DNA of 64,000 nucleotides. It comes from Phoronis australis (Eukaryota; Animalia; Phoronida). The notes under the pieces are model-generated. The model was not told the DNA's origin and ran no database searches. It was given only the letters and a program-made list of their open reading frames with translations. The stretch covers positions 197,515 through 261,514 of the forward strand of contig NMRA01000102.1 in NCBI GenBank assembly GCA_002633005.1, read 5' to 3'. Both the position numbers and the translations under genes were made by a program. Positions 24,200-35,715 of this stretch are shown piece by piece. The first letter of the stretch is position 1. Each line of letters begins with the position of its first letter.

Positions 24200-24750
24200 G
24201 CTGCAGCAAACATTTGCCCCTCGAGTGCTAATACAAGCTTTCTGATGCTACACAGGACATTTGCCACTGGCGTGCTAACACAAGCTCTCTAATGCTGCAG
24301 CAAATATTTGCCCCTTGTGTGCTAATACGAGCTTTCTATTTCTGCAGCAGACATTCCGCCTTTGTGTGCTAATGTTAGCTTTCTATTTCTGCAGCAGACA
24401 TTTGCCCCTTGTAAGCTAATACGAACTTCCTATTTCTGCAGCAGACATTTGTCCCTTGTGTGCTAACACGAGCTTACTATTTCTGCAGCAGACATTTGCC
24501 CCTTGTGTGCTAACACGAGCTTACTATTTCTGCAGCAGACATTTGCCCCTTGTGTGCTAACACAAGCTTACTATTTCTGCAGCAGACATTTGCCCCTTGT
24601 GTGCTAATACGAGCTTTCTATTTCTGCGGCAGTCATTTGCCCCTTGTGTGCTAACACGAGCTTACTATTTCTGCAGCAGACATTTGCCCCTTGTGTGCTG
24701 CAAGCTTTCTGATGCTGCAGCAGACATTTCATGCAAATACGAGCTTTCTT
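24200..24750. repeat. 47-bp minisatellite, ~11 copies, in TMEM179 intron 3
   Basis: Unit gcagcagacatttgccccttgtgtgctaacacgagcttactatttct. Confidence 0.92.
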
Positions 24751-24953
24751 TATTTTTGGTGAGCTCATTTTCCAACCTGGGAATTTTGGCAAGTCACATT
24801 TCGCGAGTTGATGTTATGCAAAGCGTCGAGCCCTGTGACAAGTTTTAAAAATACACTTCCTGAAAATGTCATACAGCTGCTATTAGGGCCAAAAACAAGA
24901 ATTCAATGTGTTACCAAGTGAGTGTTGTTTTAAAAAGGTAGAACACCACTCAC

Positions 24954-25038
24954 CTGTGCCATTCCAAAATGAATGTAGAATGCTTCTGTGTGGATCTTTT
25001 TGTCGTTAATGAAATGTATGACATCAGCAAATTCACAA
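24954..25038 (-). CDS. TMEM179: Transmembrane protein 179, exon 3
   Basis: tttcag| (S)CEFADVIHFINDKKIHTEAFYIHFGMAQ |gtgag. 85 nt, phase 2 to 0. Confidence 0.9.
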
Positions 25039-25269
25039 CTGAAATCAATAAATAATGTTAATTTAATTGTGAAAACAAGTGAAAGCAAAATATGATTAAA
25101 ATGTAAAGCCTATTGCACCAGGTCAGAAATAGGGGACAAACCATGAAAAGTAAAAAAAATATCATTTTTCGTGTTTCTTGAGAAAATTTTGTTGAAACTA
25201 ACCTGCTGGTTAGTAACATTGAGTTACAAAATTGTAAGTGGAGTTAAGTTTTTTGCAAAACATAAATTC

Positions 25270-25753
25270 ATGTGTAAATATGAGTATGTATGTGTATGTA
25301 GTTGTTTAATCACATGTATGTTTGTATTTATGTATGTATGTATGCATGTGAGTGTGTATTTATATATGTGTGTATGTATGTTTATGTATGTGTGTGTTTA
25401 TGTATGTGTGTGTAAGAGTGCATGCTTATACATGCGTGTATATTTATATGATATGTCTTACTTTTTAATTATTTATTGTCTGTTTTTAATTATTTATATT
25501 TATATTTTAGTTAATTATCTTGTCTTAATTTCTTTATCTTCTATTTATCATATTTTATTTTTTATTTTCTTTCATCAGTCTTTCGGTGTTAATTTCTTAT
25601 TCTTTGCTTATTATTGAAATATTGTCTTTCATTTTGTAATTCTGTTTTTGTCTTACTATCTGTTTGTGTTTACTGAGGGGCCCCATGGAAAACCATGTGA
25701 ACTGATGGGCCTACCCTCATTGTAAATATTACATTAATAAATAAATAAATAAA
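25270..25753 (+). mobile_element. Probable 3' end of a CR1/L2-type LINE
   Basis: (TG/TATG)-rich then T-rich tract, stem-loop gagggggccccat..atgggcctaccctc, and a (TAAA)n tail. Confidence 0.5.
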
Positions 25754-26082
25754 TGGTCTATTTAATTATGACTTAACGATGTTTTTCCTATTGCCTTAAC
25801 AAACTTACATTTCTTAATGAACAAACATTCTCACATGCTTTTAAGTTACAGACACACATCTCAATTGTTTAAAAAATATAACAAATTTTTCAGAAGCTGA
25901 TTTGAAACGGGCCAAATTTCTAATGGTTAATAGCAATATAACATACATGCTTCAATGTGCCAGTTTTACCTTTAGAATTGGTGTATGTAACTCTACCCTG
26001 GTAACAACAAATTATCATTACAAGATTTTAAAGATACCAATTGAAGTTTGTTGTAACGAGGTTCAACTGTGCACAAGTGTAC

Positions 26083-26220
26083 CTCCTTATAATCGATCCC
26101 TTGCGCCCAAACATGCTGCACCATTCATTGAAGCCACCACTCAGAACTGATGAACCAATCAGAATGAAAAATGCCAGGAAGATGTTCAATAGAAGGGTTA
26201 AAAATGATGCCAACCACGAG
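26083..26220 (-). CDS. TMEM179: Transmembrane protein 179, exon 2
   Basis: ctttttag| (S)SWLASFLTLLLNIFLAFFILIGSSVLSGGFNEWCSMFGRKGSIIR |gtacac. 138 nt, phase 2 to 2, GF..WC motif. Confidence 0.9.
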
Positions 26221-26786
26221 CTAAAAAGAAAAGCAAACACCAATCAAGTTATAAGGATCCTGTTTTTTTAAATAACTGCTTCTTTCGGCTGCATCACAAA
26301 CTTGCATGGAACATTTGCTGTAAAAATACAGCACAACCCATTCAGGCTAGATATATAATTACTGGAGATTATAGCAATTATCAAACAAGAGAGAGCTGGC
26401 CCAACAACCATTAATGCCAGAATGGAGTTAATCAGTCATGTAAGATATTGGCTATAGGGGTGTTCTTCCCAACTTGTTGTTGGGCTATAATAGAATCGAA
26501 CAAGTTGGGAGCAACAGGAAAATGCCGTAATGAACGGTGGCAGTACTGTCTAGCCAAAATCCTGTGATCTTTTTTAATATACACACAACTATCTCATGTA
26601 ATCTTGCGAAGTCTTGCTTTTCTAGCGAGGTCCTAGAGATACTGAATACAATGATCGTCTGTGTGCCACCCACGTCGTGAGGTGGCAGCACAGACGGGGT
26701 TCACCGTCTGTGTGGCTGAAAGAGGGTGTTCTCTAACGCCACGGGTGTCACTTATCAGTCTTAAAAAAGCATGAAACCATGAATAC

Positions 26787-27076
26787 CTATCAACTTCTTG
26801 GAACAACAGTAGCGACAGTCTGATAAGTTGTATCAGCGATAGTATCAGTGACAGAATAGCGACGACGATTGAAAAATTGCAAAGCGATGAATCGCCCCAC
26901 GAAATGTCGTATAAGATGCCATTCGATTGATTCCATGAACCCGTCGCGTACAATAAACAGTGGCCATTGAAATCGTGCGAATTTATGCTCATAGGTATGA
27001 GAAGAAAGAGTGCTAAGATAAACCCCAAAACATAGCCGGCAGTCTGCGACAGCAACAAAATATTGCCGACCCCCAT
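26787..27076 (-). CDS. TMEM179: Transmembrane protein 179, exon 1
   Basis: MGVGNILLLSQTAGY...PMSINSHDFNGHCLLYATGSW...WGDSSLCNF resembles the TMEM179 N-terminus (HDFRGRCLLF..G.W..WG....C.F). Donor AG|gtattc. The four exons total 678 nt = 225 aa + stop. Confidence 0.93.
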
Positions 27077-27421
27077 AGCGCTGCAGAAGGCAACGCGGAA
27101 GTGAGTCGTATTTAGCGATGATCTATCGCCACCACTACAAAAATTTGAATCAAAGGTCGTTAAATAGCATTTTTTTATTCGGAACAGGCTTACAAATTAA
27201 CAAAATGATACTATTAAGTTGAATCGCAACTCATATCGCGAATTGACCAATCCGTCCAAGACACAGTAACCTTTGAACCTAACCTGGTTCCCGGGCCTCA
27301 CACGCTGACGTCACGGATAGCTAACCTCGAGGATCTGTGCAGGAGACTACCTTTGAACCTTGAGTCGCGTCCTTGAACTGCCACAGAAGTGCCTGACTTC
27401 GATGACGCCTGTGGTCAGACT
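27077..27421. promoter_or_regulatory. Putative bidirectional promoter
   Basis: 345 bp between divergent ATGs, CpG-richer than its surroundings. Palindromic CRE TGACGTCA at 27306-27313, CCAAT at 27247-27251, ETS-like CGGAAGTG near 27096. Confidence 0.6.
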
Positions 27422-28729
27422 ATGACGGACTTCATAGCGTGGATTGTGTACTTCGTATTGCGCTCTGCATTTGAATTCTTTCGCTCCATATTTTGGAGAC
27501 TTAATGGAACTCAAGCACTGATCTACAAGTCGGAATCTGACTACGAGACATCTGCTCAAGTGTTCGATATAATTTCACGGAAGTACAATCCGTGGAGTTA
27601 TGAGGCTGCAGAATATAATTTCGTTTACACTTTCAACTGCTTTCAGCATCCTCGTTGTATCTTGGATGAGAGAGTGTCATTATTCTGCCTCTCTAAGTCT
27701 CACGCCATATTTGTACAAACTGATGTCCCCCTTTGGAAGTATGAATGTGATTTTTTTCTCACTGACCAGTACAAGAATGCCAAGAAAGTTATAAAGTTAC
27801 CAATTGATCACTTCAAGCGTCTGGGAAACGATGTTGGAAACCCGAGCCAGCCGGTCATTTGCCTCGGCAATACCGGTCGATGTGGCTCAACACTTTTATC
27901 ATCCATGATGCAAGAGGTCCCAGGCTGCGTGTGTATAAATGAACCGCATGCGTTTTATGACGTTTGGTACTTGAAGTGGAGACGGGAAATCAACAAACAA
28001 GAAGCGGGAGAATTATATTCGTCATGTCTACGTTTGCTTTGTAAATTGAAGGATGCTAGTGTTAAATATTACTTTATTCAACAAAGAAACACAAAATACG
28101 ACATTAATGCCCTTACAAATGCTTTGCCTGCTATCATACATTTATTTATGTATCGTTCGGACGTACTGAAATGTGCCGTTTCATATTGGAAATTGTTCCA
28201 GATCGCTTTCGTTGGAAAAGTATTTCGAATCAAAGAGATGTGGATAGGCAGATGTGCGCCTGAGTTGAGTAAGATGGTGACGGAATGGTTATGCGACAAA
28301 GTTGAGCCAACAAATTTTTGGTTAACTGAATCTGATAGTCTTTTAAATATACCATTACTTGATATTTTCTTCTTACGTATAATAAGACAATGTGAACAGT
28401 ATTCCAGATGTCGCAGAAGCGTGGACATAGTAGCCATAAGATACGAGGACTTGTTGGATAACACGGAGTATGCATGCCAGGCGATTGGTTCACATTGTCA
28501 ACTCCCTCAAAGCTTCCTTGACAAGGGTCCTTCTGCATTATCAAGAGACTCACAAGCCAACTCCGACATAAGTAGAGAAAGTCTGAGAAAATATTCTATT
28601 AATGTCGATGAAAGTGTCAGAAAGCGACTAGATCGTCTGTGCTTGGACCTTAACTTGACTTTACGTCATTGTAAAGAAAAACTTATGTTGCCTTCGACTA
28701 TAACTTGTCCTACCCAAACTAAAAACTAG
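27422..28729 (+). CDS. Intronless sulfotransferase-fold protein (435 aa) with N-terminal hydrophobic segment
   Basis: Long open ORF; first ATG at 27422 (the ORF track's 27389 start is GTG). PAPS-binding-type motif NTGRCGSTLL, then INEP, LFMYR and IRYEDLL. Confidence 0.8.
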   Translation: MTDFIAWIVYFVLRSAFEFFRSIFWRLNGTQALIYKSESDYETSAQVFDIISRKYNPWSYEAAEYNFVYTFNCFQHPRCILDERVSLFCLSKSHAIFVQTDVPLWKYECDFFLTDQYKNAKKVIKLPIDHFKRLGNDVGNPSQPVICLGNTGRCGSTLLSSMMQEVPGCVCINEPHAFYDVWYLKWRREINKQEAGELYSSCLRLLCKLKDASVKYYFIQQRNTKYDINALTNALPAIIHLFMYRSDVLKCAVSYWKLFQIAFVGKVFRIKEMWIGRCAPELSKMVTEWLCDKVEPTNFWLTESDSLLNIPLLDIFFLRIIRQCEQYSRCRRSVDIVAIRYEDLLDNTEYACQAIGSHCQLPQSFLDKGPSALSRDSQANSDISRESLRKYSINVDESVRKRLDRLCLDLNLTLRHCKEKLMLPSTITCPTQTKN

Positions 28730-29023
28730 ACTAAATCTCCATCTCCACTGTTGCTGAGAAAACTTGAGATGAATTTTCCAAATCGACAAATGTGGAAGTT
28801 GTGTTTATGTTTCCAGTGTGTCAAACGGGTTATAAGCTCGCATTACCTCGAAACCATAACTTTTGATTTAGACAATTTACCGCGCTATGAAATTAGTCTC
28901 AATTTGTTCCTTACTGAAATGAGCAATGGAGTAGTGGGGCGTTCATATAGACTGTGGAGTAGTGGGGCATTCATATAGACTGTGGAGTAGTGGGGCGTTC
29001 ATATAGACTGTGGAGTAGTGGGN

Positions 29024-30229
29024 GCGTCTGGGAAACGATGTTGGAAACCCGAGCCAGCCGGTCATTTGCCTCGGCAATACCGGTCGATGTGGCTCAACAC
29101 TTTTATCATCCATGATGCAAGAGGTCCCAGGCTGCGTGTGTATAAATGAACCGCATGCGTTTTATGACGTTTGGTACTTGAAGTGGAGACGGGAAATCAA
29201 CAAACAAGAAGCGGGAGAATTATATTCGTCATGTCTACGTTTGCTTTGTAAATTGAAGGATGCTAGTGTTAAATATTACTTTATTCAACAAAGAAACACA
29301 AAATACGACATTAATGCCCTTACAAATGCTTTGCCTGCTATCATACATTTATTTATGTATCGTTCGGACGTACTGAAATGTGCCGTTTCATATTGGAAAT
29401 TGTTCCAGATCGCTTTCGTTGGAAAAGTATTTCGAATCAAAGAGATGTGGATAGGCAGATGTGCGCCTGAGTTGAGTAAGATGGTGACGGAATGGTTATG
29501 CGACAAAGTTGAGCCAACAAATTTTTGGTTAACTGAATCTGATAGTCTTTTAAATATACCATTACTTGATATTTTCTTCTTACGTATAATAAGACAATGT
29601 GAACAGTATTCCAGATGTCGCAGAAGCGTGGACATAGTAGCCATAAGATACGAGGACTTGTTGGATAACACGGAGTATGCATGCCAGGCGATTGGTTCAC
29701 ATTGTCAACTCCCTCAAAGCTTCCTTGACAAGGGTCCTTCTGCATTATCAAGAGACTCACAAGCCAACTCCGACATAAGTAGAGAAAGTCTGAGAAAATA
29801 TTCTATTAATGTCGATGAAAGTGTCAGAAAGCGACTAGATCGTCTGTGCTTGGACCTTAACTTGACTTTACGTCATTGTAAAGAAAAACTTATGTTGCCT
29901 TCGACTATAACTTGTCCTACCCAAACTAAAAACTAGACTAAATCTCCATCTCCACTGTTGCTGAGAAAACTTGAGATGAATTTTCCAAATCGACAAATGT
30001 GGAAGTTGTGTTTATGTTTCCAGTGTGTCAAACGGGTTATAAGCTCGCATTACCTCGAAACCATAACTTTTGATTTAGACAATTTACCGCGCTATGAAAT
30101 TAGTCTCAATTTGTTCCTTACTGAAATGAGCAATGGAGTAGTGGGGCGTTCATATAGACTGTGGAGTAGTGGGGCATTCATATAGACTGTGGAGTAGTGG
30201 GGCGTTCATATAGACTGTGGAGTAGTGGG
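29024..30229 (+). other. Apparently identical duplicate of 27817..29022, probably an assembly overlap
   Basis: Offset 1207 bp, identical translated ORFs, and the junction is a single N at 29023 inside a minisatellite. Confidence 0.8.
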
Positions 30230-30392
30230 GCTTTCATATAGACTGTGGAGTAGTGGAGCGTTCATAGACTGTGGAGTAGTGGGGCGTTCATATAGACTGT
30301 GGAGTAGTGGGGCGTTCATAGACTGTGGAGTAGTGGGGCGTTCATAGACTGTGGAGTAGTGGGGCGTTCATATACTGGAGTGTTCATAGACT
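30133..30392. repeat. 28-bp minisatellite
   Basis: Unit tggagtagtggggcgttcatatagactg. Also present at 28926-29022. Confidence 0.92.
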
Positions 30393-30767
30393 GGGAACGG
30401 TGCTTTAGTGTTTCAATACGCTGGTGCAGCAGATCTTTTCTTCACACATCTTGAAAATGTGGAGGAATACAACTAAAAAAATAATTCGAGTTTACTGTTG
30501 AGGTGAGTTGTAAGCAAAAATAATCATCTGTAGCAAAACATAACAGCATGTGTTCTGCTTCAAACAAAAAATATTAAAACTCCATGACTTTGTACATTTT
30601 AAAACTAAAATGTGTACTCACGTGACGCGGCTGAAGTAAAATGTGTGTTGAATTTGGGAGTAGATATGCCTCTTTAGTATGCATGGTTTTTGTTTTTATT
30701 CATGCCAACCCATGTTACGCAAATTTGTCTTTCACTTCTTGTGTCATCTTTGAGACTGAAAATTGTT

Positions 30768-31038
30768 GCTAATAACAACTGATTTCTATCTTACATCCTT
30801 AGTGTGCTTAATGCTAATAACAACTCTGATTTGTATCTTACATCCTTAGTGTACTTAATGCTAATACAACTCTGATTTCTATCTTACATCCTTAGTGTAC
30901 TTAATGCTAATAACAACTCTGATTTCTTTCTTACATCCTTAGTGTACTTAATGCTAATAACAACTCTGATTTCTATCTTACATCCTTAGTGTACTTAATG
31001 CTAATAACAACTCTGATTTCTATCTTACATCCTTAGTG
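30768..31038. repeat. 47-bp minisatellite, ~6 copies
   Basis: Unit gctaataacaactctgatttctatcttacatccttagtgtacttaat. Confidence 0.92.
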
Positions 31039-33329
31039 TTTACCTTACTCATGCTACCTTGGTATGAGTTAATTTTTCTTAGTTGTCTTTTTCTAATTTT
31101 TTTTAGTTTTTAGGTGATTTATGCATACTCATCATTAGTGTAGTTTATTGCTGTTTATCTGCTGTGGACATTTGTACTTTGTTATTGCTAATATGGAATA
31201 AAGCATATTCTATTCTATTCTAAATGGAGTGGAACATTTTATGGTTGGGTATATCATAGGTCTCTCTAAGATATACCAGTGTTCTGGTTAAAAGAGGTCT
31301 GAACTACATGTTTCAGCATTTTAATATGAATTTTGAAAGTATAAAGGTTGGTTACTGGCATCCACATATTCTTAAATAGTGCACAGTGTTTTTCTTTTTT
31401 ATATTGAAAAGTAAAAATTTATTAGTTCCTTAAAGACCCACTGCAAGCGCTGTTTTTCATGACGTCACTGAGGCTGTACAGCACAAGGTCATAGTACAGA
31501 TGTCAGTTCAACATGTTGTATTATACTCATACTCACAACCTTTTTCGTTTTTCTTTCCTATGACGTTCATTCATACCGGGGCCTAACCAGCCAGCTAGCT
31601 GTATGAAGACTATTTTCAAAATACAGCTAGGTACCAGTAGCAATTGTCACAATTGTGTGTTTAGTTCCATTGGACTCCAAAATTTCACATAGCCAGGGCA
31701 TGCAGTTTTGCTCGTCATCGACGTCGTCGCGAAACTTATATCAGCATGTAGCCAGCCAGCTAGCTGTATGAAGACTGTCGTCAAAATATAGTCCGGTTAC
31801 CTATTGTCGTCAGGCTCCAAAGGTCGTCCGCCATCTTGTTTCGCGTGCAGCGCAACCACGCGGGACTTAGCGTTCCAATTTGGAGTGCTCGTGTGCACGT
31901 TAGGTACTAACTTATCGGAAGAGACACGTATCAAAGTAATGAGACAAAAATCGGTGAGTTTACCGATTGTTTTTTAAAACCACTTAAAAATCAGTAGATT
32001 TTACTAATACACTTTTTTGTGCGTTTTCAGAAGATGTTTTCGAATTTAAATTTTCTTCCGACGGGACACAAAACATGATCCAGGGTTTGTTTATGCAATG
32101 TATCTGTTTTTCCCAGGCACTAGTAGGATCTAGAAGGCCAAAGGAAAAATCCGCAGACAAATGCGATACGCTGGGTTCTTAACATTTTGCCTCACGCATT
32201 CACCATTAAACTGCATTGAAATGTTGTCCAATTGGCTTTTATTGGAAACCACAGTGCAGAGCTCAACATCAAAGCTTCAAATCGAGTTTATGTCAATAAA
32301 AACAGGCTGTTGCAATTTTCATTACTTCGTTGGCCTTTTTCTGCATGTTTCTCAGTTTTTACAAAAGGGGGCAGCATATGACGAACTTAGGTGTCACAAT
32401 AAAATGGCTGCCGAAGGCAGTGCACATTTGAAATAACTCGGCACAAATTAAAGAAAACTTCCGAATCGATGAATGCGGTATATCTGTGAGAGTTAAATCG
32501 AATCCTATTCAGATCATAACTTTGAAGTGGAATAATTCGGTGAGTACAACAGCAAGTCGGTTTTATGCTTAGGCGGACGACCATTGGGTTCCCCAGTATA
32601 CAGCTAGGGGTACCACTGTGTGTATTTCTTCCGTGGACCCCGAAATTGCACGCAGCCAATGTAGTTCTGCTCGTCACCGCGCCGTGACGCTTGTATCAAA
32701 ATGTAAAGCTAAAGACCGGACGGGGTGCATGCAAAATCTGGGATCAACCGATACTCACCTTGCCCGTTACAGCTGTTTAAGTCAGTAAAAAACAATGCAA
32801 CCAACGTCATTTTCTTGCGTAACTCTCTACCTTTTCTAACAATGGAAAATATGTTGTCGTTTCGAAAACAATACGCTCGTGTCACGCGCACGCGCAATTT
32901 CCTAAATTTTCGTGACATAACTTCGGAGAAGCAAAATTTGTTCTGAAATTCGGTTTTTCGGTATCGGAATACTAAAAAATTATAATGAAGTGAAACCAGT
33001 TCCAATAATTTGTTGTGACGTGCACGCAAGCTCGTGAAAGAACAGCAGCTGATTGAAGTCGGCGAAAAAAGAAACTGGTCAATAGGTGACGCAATATTTC
33101 ATGGCGCCGAACGTCGATAAAGATCCCTCCACAACTTTAGCAGCAGAATAACGGTAGAACGCCATTTTTTCCAACCCTGTAAATAAGTTAGTTTACTCAA
33201 GGAAGACTGTAGTTTTTAATGACACTAATTTTGTGTCAGATTTTATCTTACCACTTTTTTACCCACATCGGTGCAAAGCTATATATTTATATACAGCTTT
33301 GTACCAAGGCTAATCAACATGTAGAGCTA

Positions 33330-35190
33330 CGGGCCCGTAGCCGGGTAGAGGAGTCGGGGTAGGGGGGTCGGTGGAGGGGGGCTCCATCGAACCCCTCCCT
33401 TCGCGGAAAAGGTCCAGCCCCAGCCTATCTGTGAAAGAGGGAAAACTGAGGCGGTTCGTAAAACACGTCTGATTTATTGAAATGAGAGAACACTGAAAGC
33501 AAGTAAAAACTACACAACGCTATAAATATTATGACGAAAGGAAACTTGGAACAAACTGATTGGAAGAATATTAGAAACGCAAGAAAGAAAATCAGGGAAA
33601 ACATAATGGTAACTAATATCGCAAAGTGAATGTGAAACGTGAACGAGAAAACAACTTGATGTTAACGTCATGACAGTATCCGTTAGAGATAGGGTATAGG
33701 TGGACAACAACAACAGCTACTGGTAGTACTAATTATAATTATAACTAAGTTAGATGAATTTGATACTGATTCAAAGCGCTTCGCTTAATCTTCGGGCCCT
33801 ACCCGGCCCCAGGGCCCAACTTCGCCCGATGAGTGGTGTTTGCGTAGATGACAGGATCGTGCACACGATTAGAGGAGGCTTTATGTCATTCATTGGCATT
33901 ATTGCGTGTGTGGTTGGTACTCCATTATCGTAGATATTATCGTTGGCCAAACGAGTGAACGTTACGCCGTTAGATTACGTGGGAAAGTTGATTCTTGTTA
34001 GTGGCGTAAAGCATTTCTGTACGCCGTAAAGTAATTATTACATTACGAAGTAAAGTAAGTATTTGGGGCGCTTAAAGTTACTTTACGCCGCAAATAATTA
34101 CTTTATGCCACAATTAATTTATTTATGCCGTACTTCATCGGCCTGTAACAAGAATTATGTTACGCACGTATAATTTTTAAATTATTAAAAAGGGCGTATC
34201 GTTCACCCATTTAGCCAACGATACATCATAGGGTTACAAGGGATTCTAGAAGTAAATGTCTATAACTAGCTAAGCTTTAAAACAGCGAAATAGCTCTCAA
34301 AAAGTAGTGTGGCGTGAATGTCTTAAAATCGACCAAGAAACAAAACAGCAGAAAATATGATTGTTATCTGTTATTTTTGTGTACTTGCTAGCATCAAGTA
34401 GTAGGGTTAGGTGCAGGCATTTCAAATTTAAAATTGAAGGTGATCGTCAAATGATTGTTGTTCCTCCAATGTCCACTTTCATTGTGGATTGATGGACTGA
34501 CATGCATGCGGGTGTACACATGTGTGCATTTTCATTTCTTTAAATCCAGTACACGCCGACGGTAAGTTCAATATAGGCAGTCTTCTGTTGTTGCTCAAAC
34601 AAAAACCAGACATTAACTACTGTGTGTTCTTGCACACAGTATAAGGGAAAAGCAGGTCTTGACCTAATGAAATTTTGGTCAACGAAGAAAGAGTTCCCTT
34701 GTCAATCAGTGACAGTGGTGCACAGCAGCACAGACTTCATACGGTAACAAACTTTAGTGGTGCAAAAGATTTCCAAGATTACGTGTCACTATTCCGAAGG
34801 TTTAGGCCTACTCCTCGGAAAGTCCACTACTCTTAAGTTTCACTACAGACTCCCACAATTCATTACTCTGATTGTCTGCAAATGGAGTCGGAACTGACAT
34901 GAATGAAATATTGTTTTGTATCCATTAAGTAACAACGTATGCAAGAGTTGAATAGTTCTTAAAACATTGATTGCATTGTTTACAAATAAGCTTCGTTCCA
35001 ATCACTGCCAATCGTGACTTCCTGAGTCTAACGAACGACTCATCACAGTCTCAAGCAAGGACAACATCTGGGACACGGGTCAGGCTGGGCTGCGGCGACC
35101 TGAAGACTGAATGGGACCCTCTGACTTTGTGAAGACTGGCAGGGACAGGGTAGCCTTCTAAGTACATTTAGTTTCGACCAGTTCCGTAGA
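33330..35190 (+). mobile_element. Truncated copy of the 36302..37935 hAT-like family
   Basis: Same left end (cgggcccgtagcc..cgcggaaaaggtcca) and colinear internal blocks (aggatcgtgca.acgattagaggaggctttatgt; tcttaaaatcgaccaagaaacaaaa; gactggcagggacagggtagcc). Confidence 0.7.
33938..34223. mobile_element. MITE nested in the 33330 element
   Basis: tatcgttggccaaacgagtgaac ... gttcacccatttagccaacgata. Absent from the paralogous 36302 copy. Confidence 0.7.
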
Positions 35191-35715
35191 GTGAGGTAAT
35201 AATTCAGCAATATCACTTCTTCGTATTCTTTTAAAAGGATAGCAAACCCTGTGATGATTTCCACCAATCCTCGTTCTGTCATCTGCTAACGGCATCACTG
35301 GCGCCAATCTTCCAAGTTAAAAATATACCAAACCCGGTTTTATCCTATTAACAGATACTAAAAACGACTTTCCCATCCAATTATCTGAATCGAAATAATA
35401 CTCGGCTCAACAACCCTCTACAGTTTTGAGGAGAATCAGAAAACCTCTGCTAAAGGGACAAGCTTGACCTACGCTTTTAGCGAGTTACGCGGCAATTGTG
35501 GGAAAAGACCATCCACCAGGGACCATAATGTCCAATTCGGGAGAGTAATGGGTATGAATTCTTTTTTATACATTTATGGGCAATGAGAACAATTACAATA
35601 ACACAACAAGACAAGAACACCCCAGACACGCTCACGCATACCCCACGACTAATCCTCTTGACTACTAAGAAAAACGGTTTCAAAGTTACACCATCTTTTT
35701 GCACAAATTCTGAAT

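Noticed and set aside
25171-25617. 148-aa hydrophobic ORF
   Set aside because: Translation of TG/TATG- and T-rich low-complexity sequence, antisense within a TMEM179 intron.
28078-28553. Minus-strand ORFs of 128 and 107 aa
   Set aside because: Antisense shadows of the sulfotransferase ORF.
29024-30229. Second sulfotransferase gene / recent tandem duplication
   Set aside because: It appears identical to 27817-29022, is 5'-truncated, and is joined at a single N inside a minisatellite. This is typical of an unmerged contig overlap; read depth or long reads would settle it.
31430-33200. Possible gene or Kolobok-type element (ttaaagaccc start, GTGAGT donors, YY1-like motifs)
   Set aside because: No matching right TIR or coherent ORF was found, so it is left uncalled.
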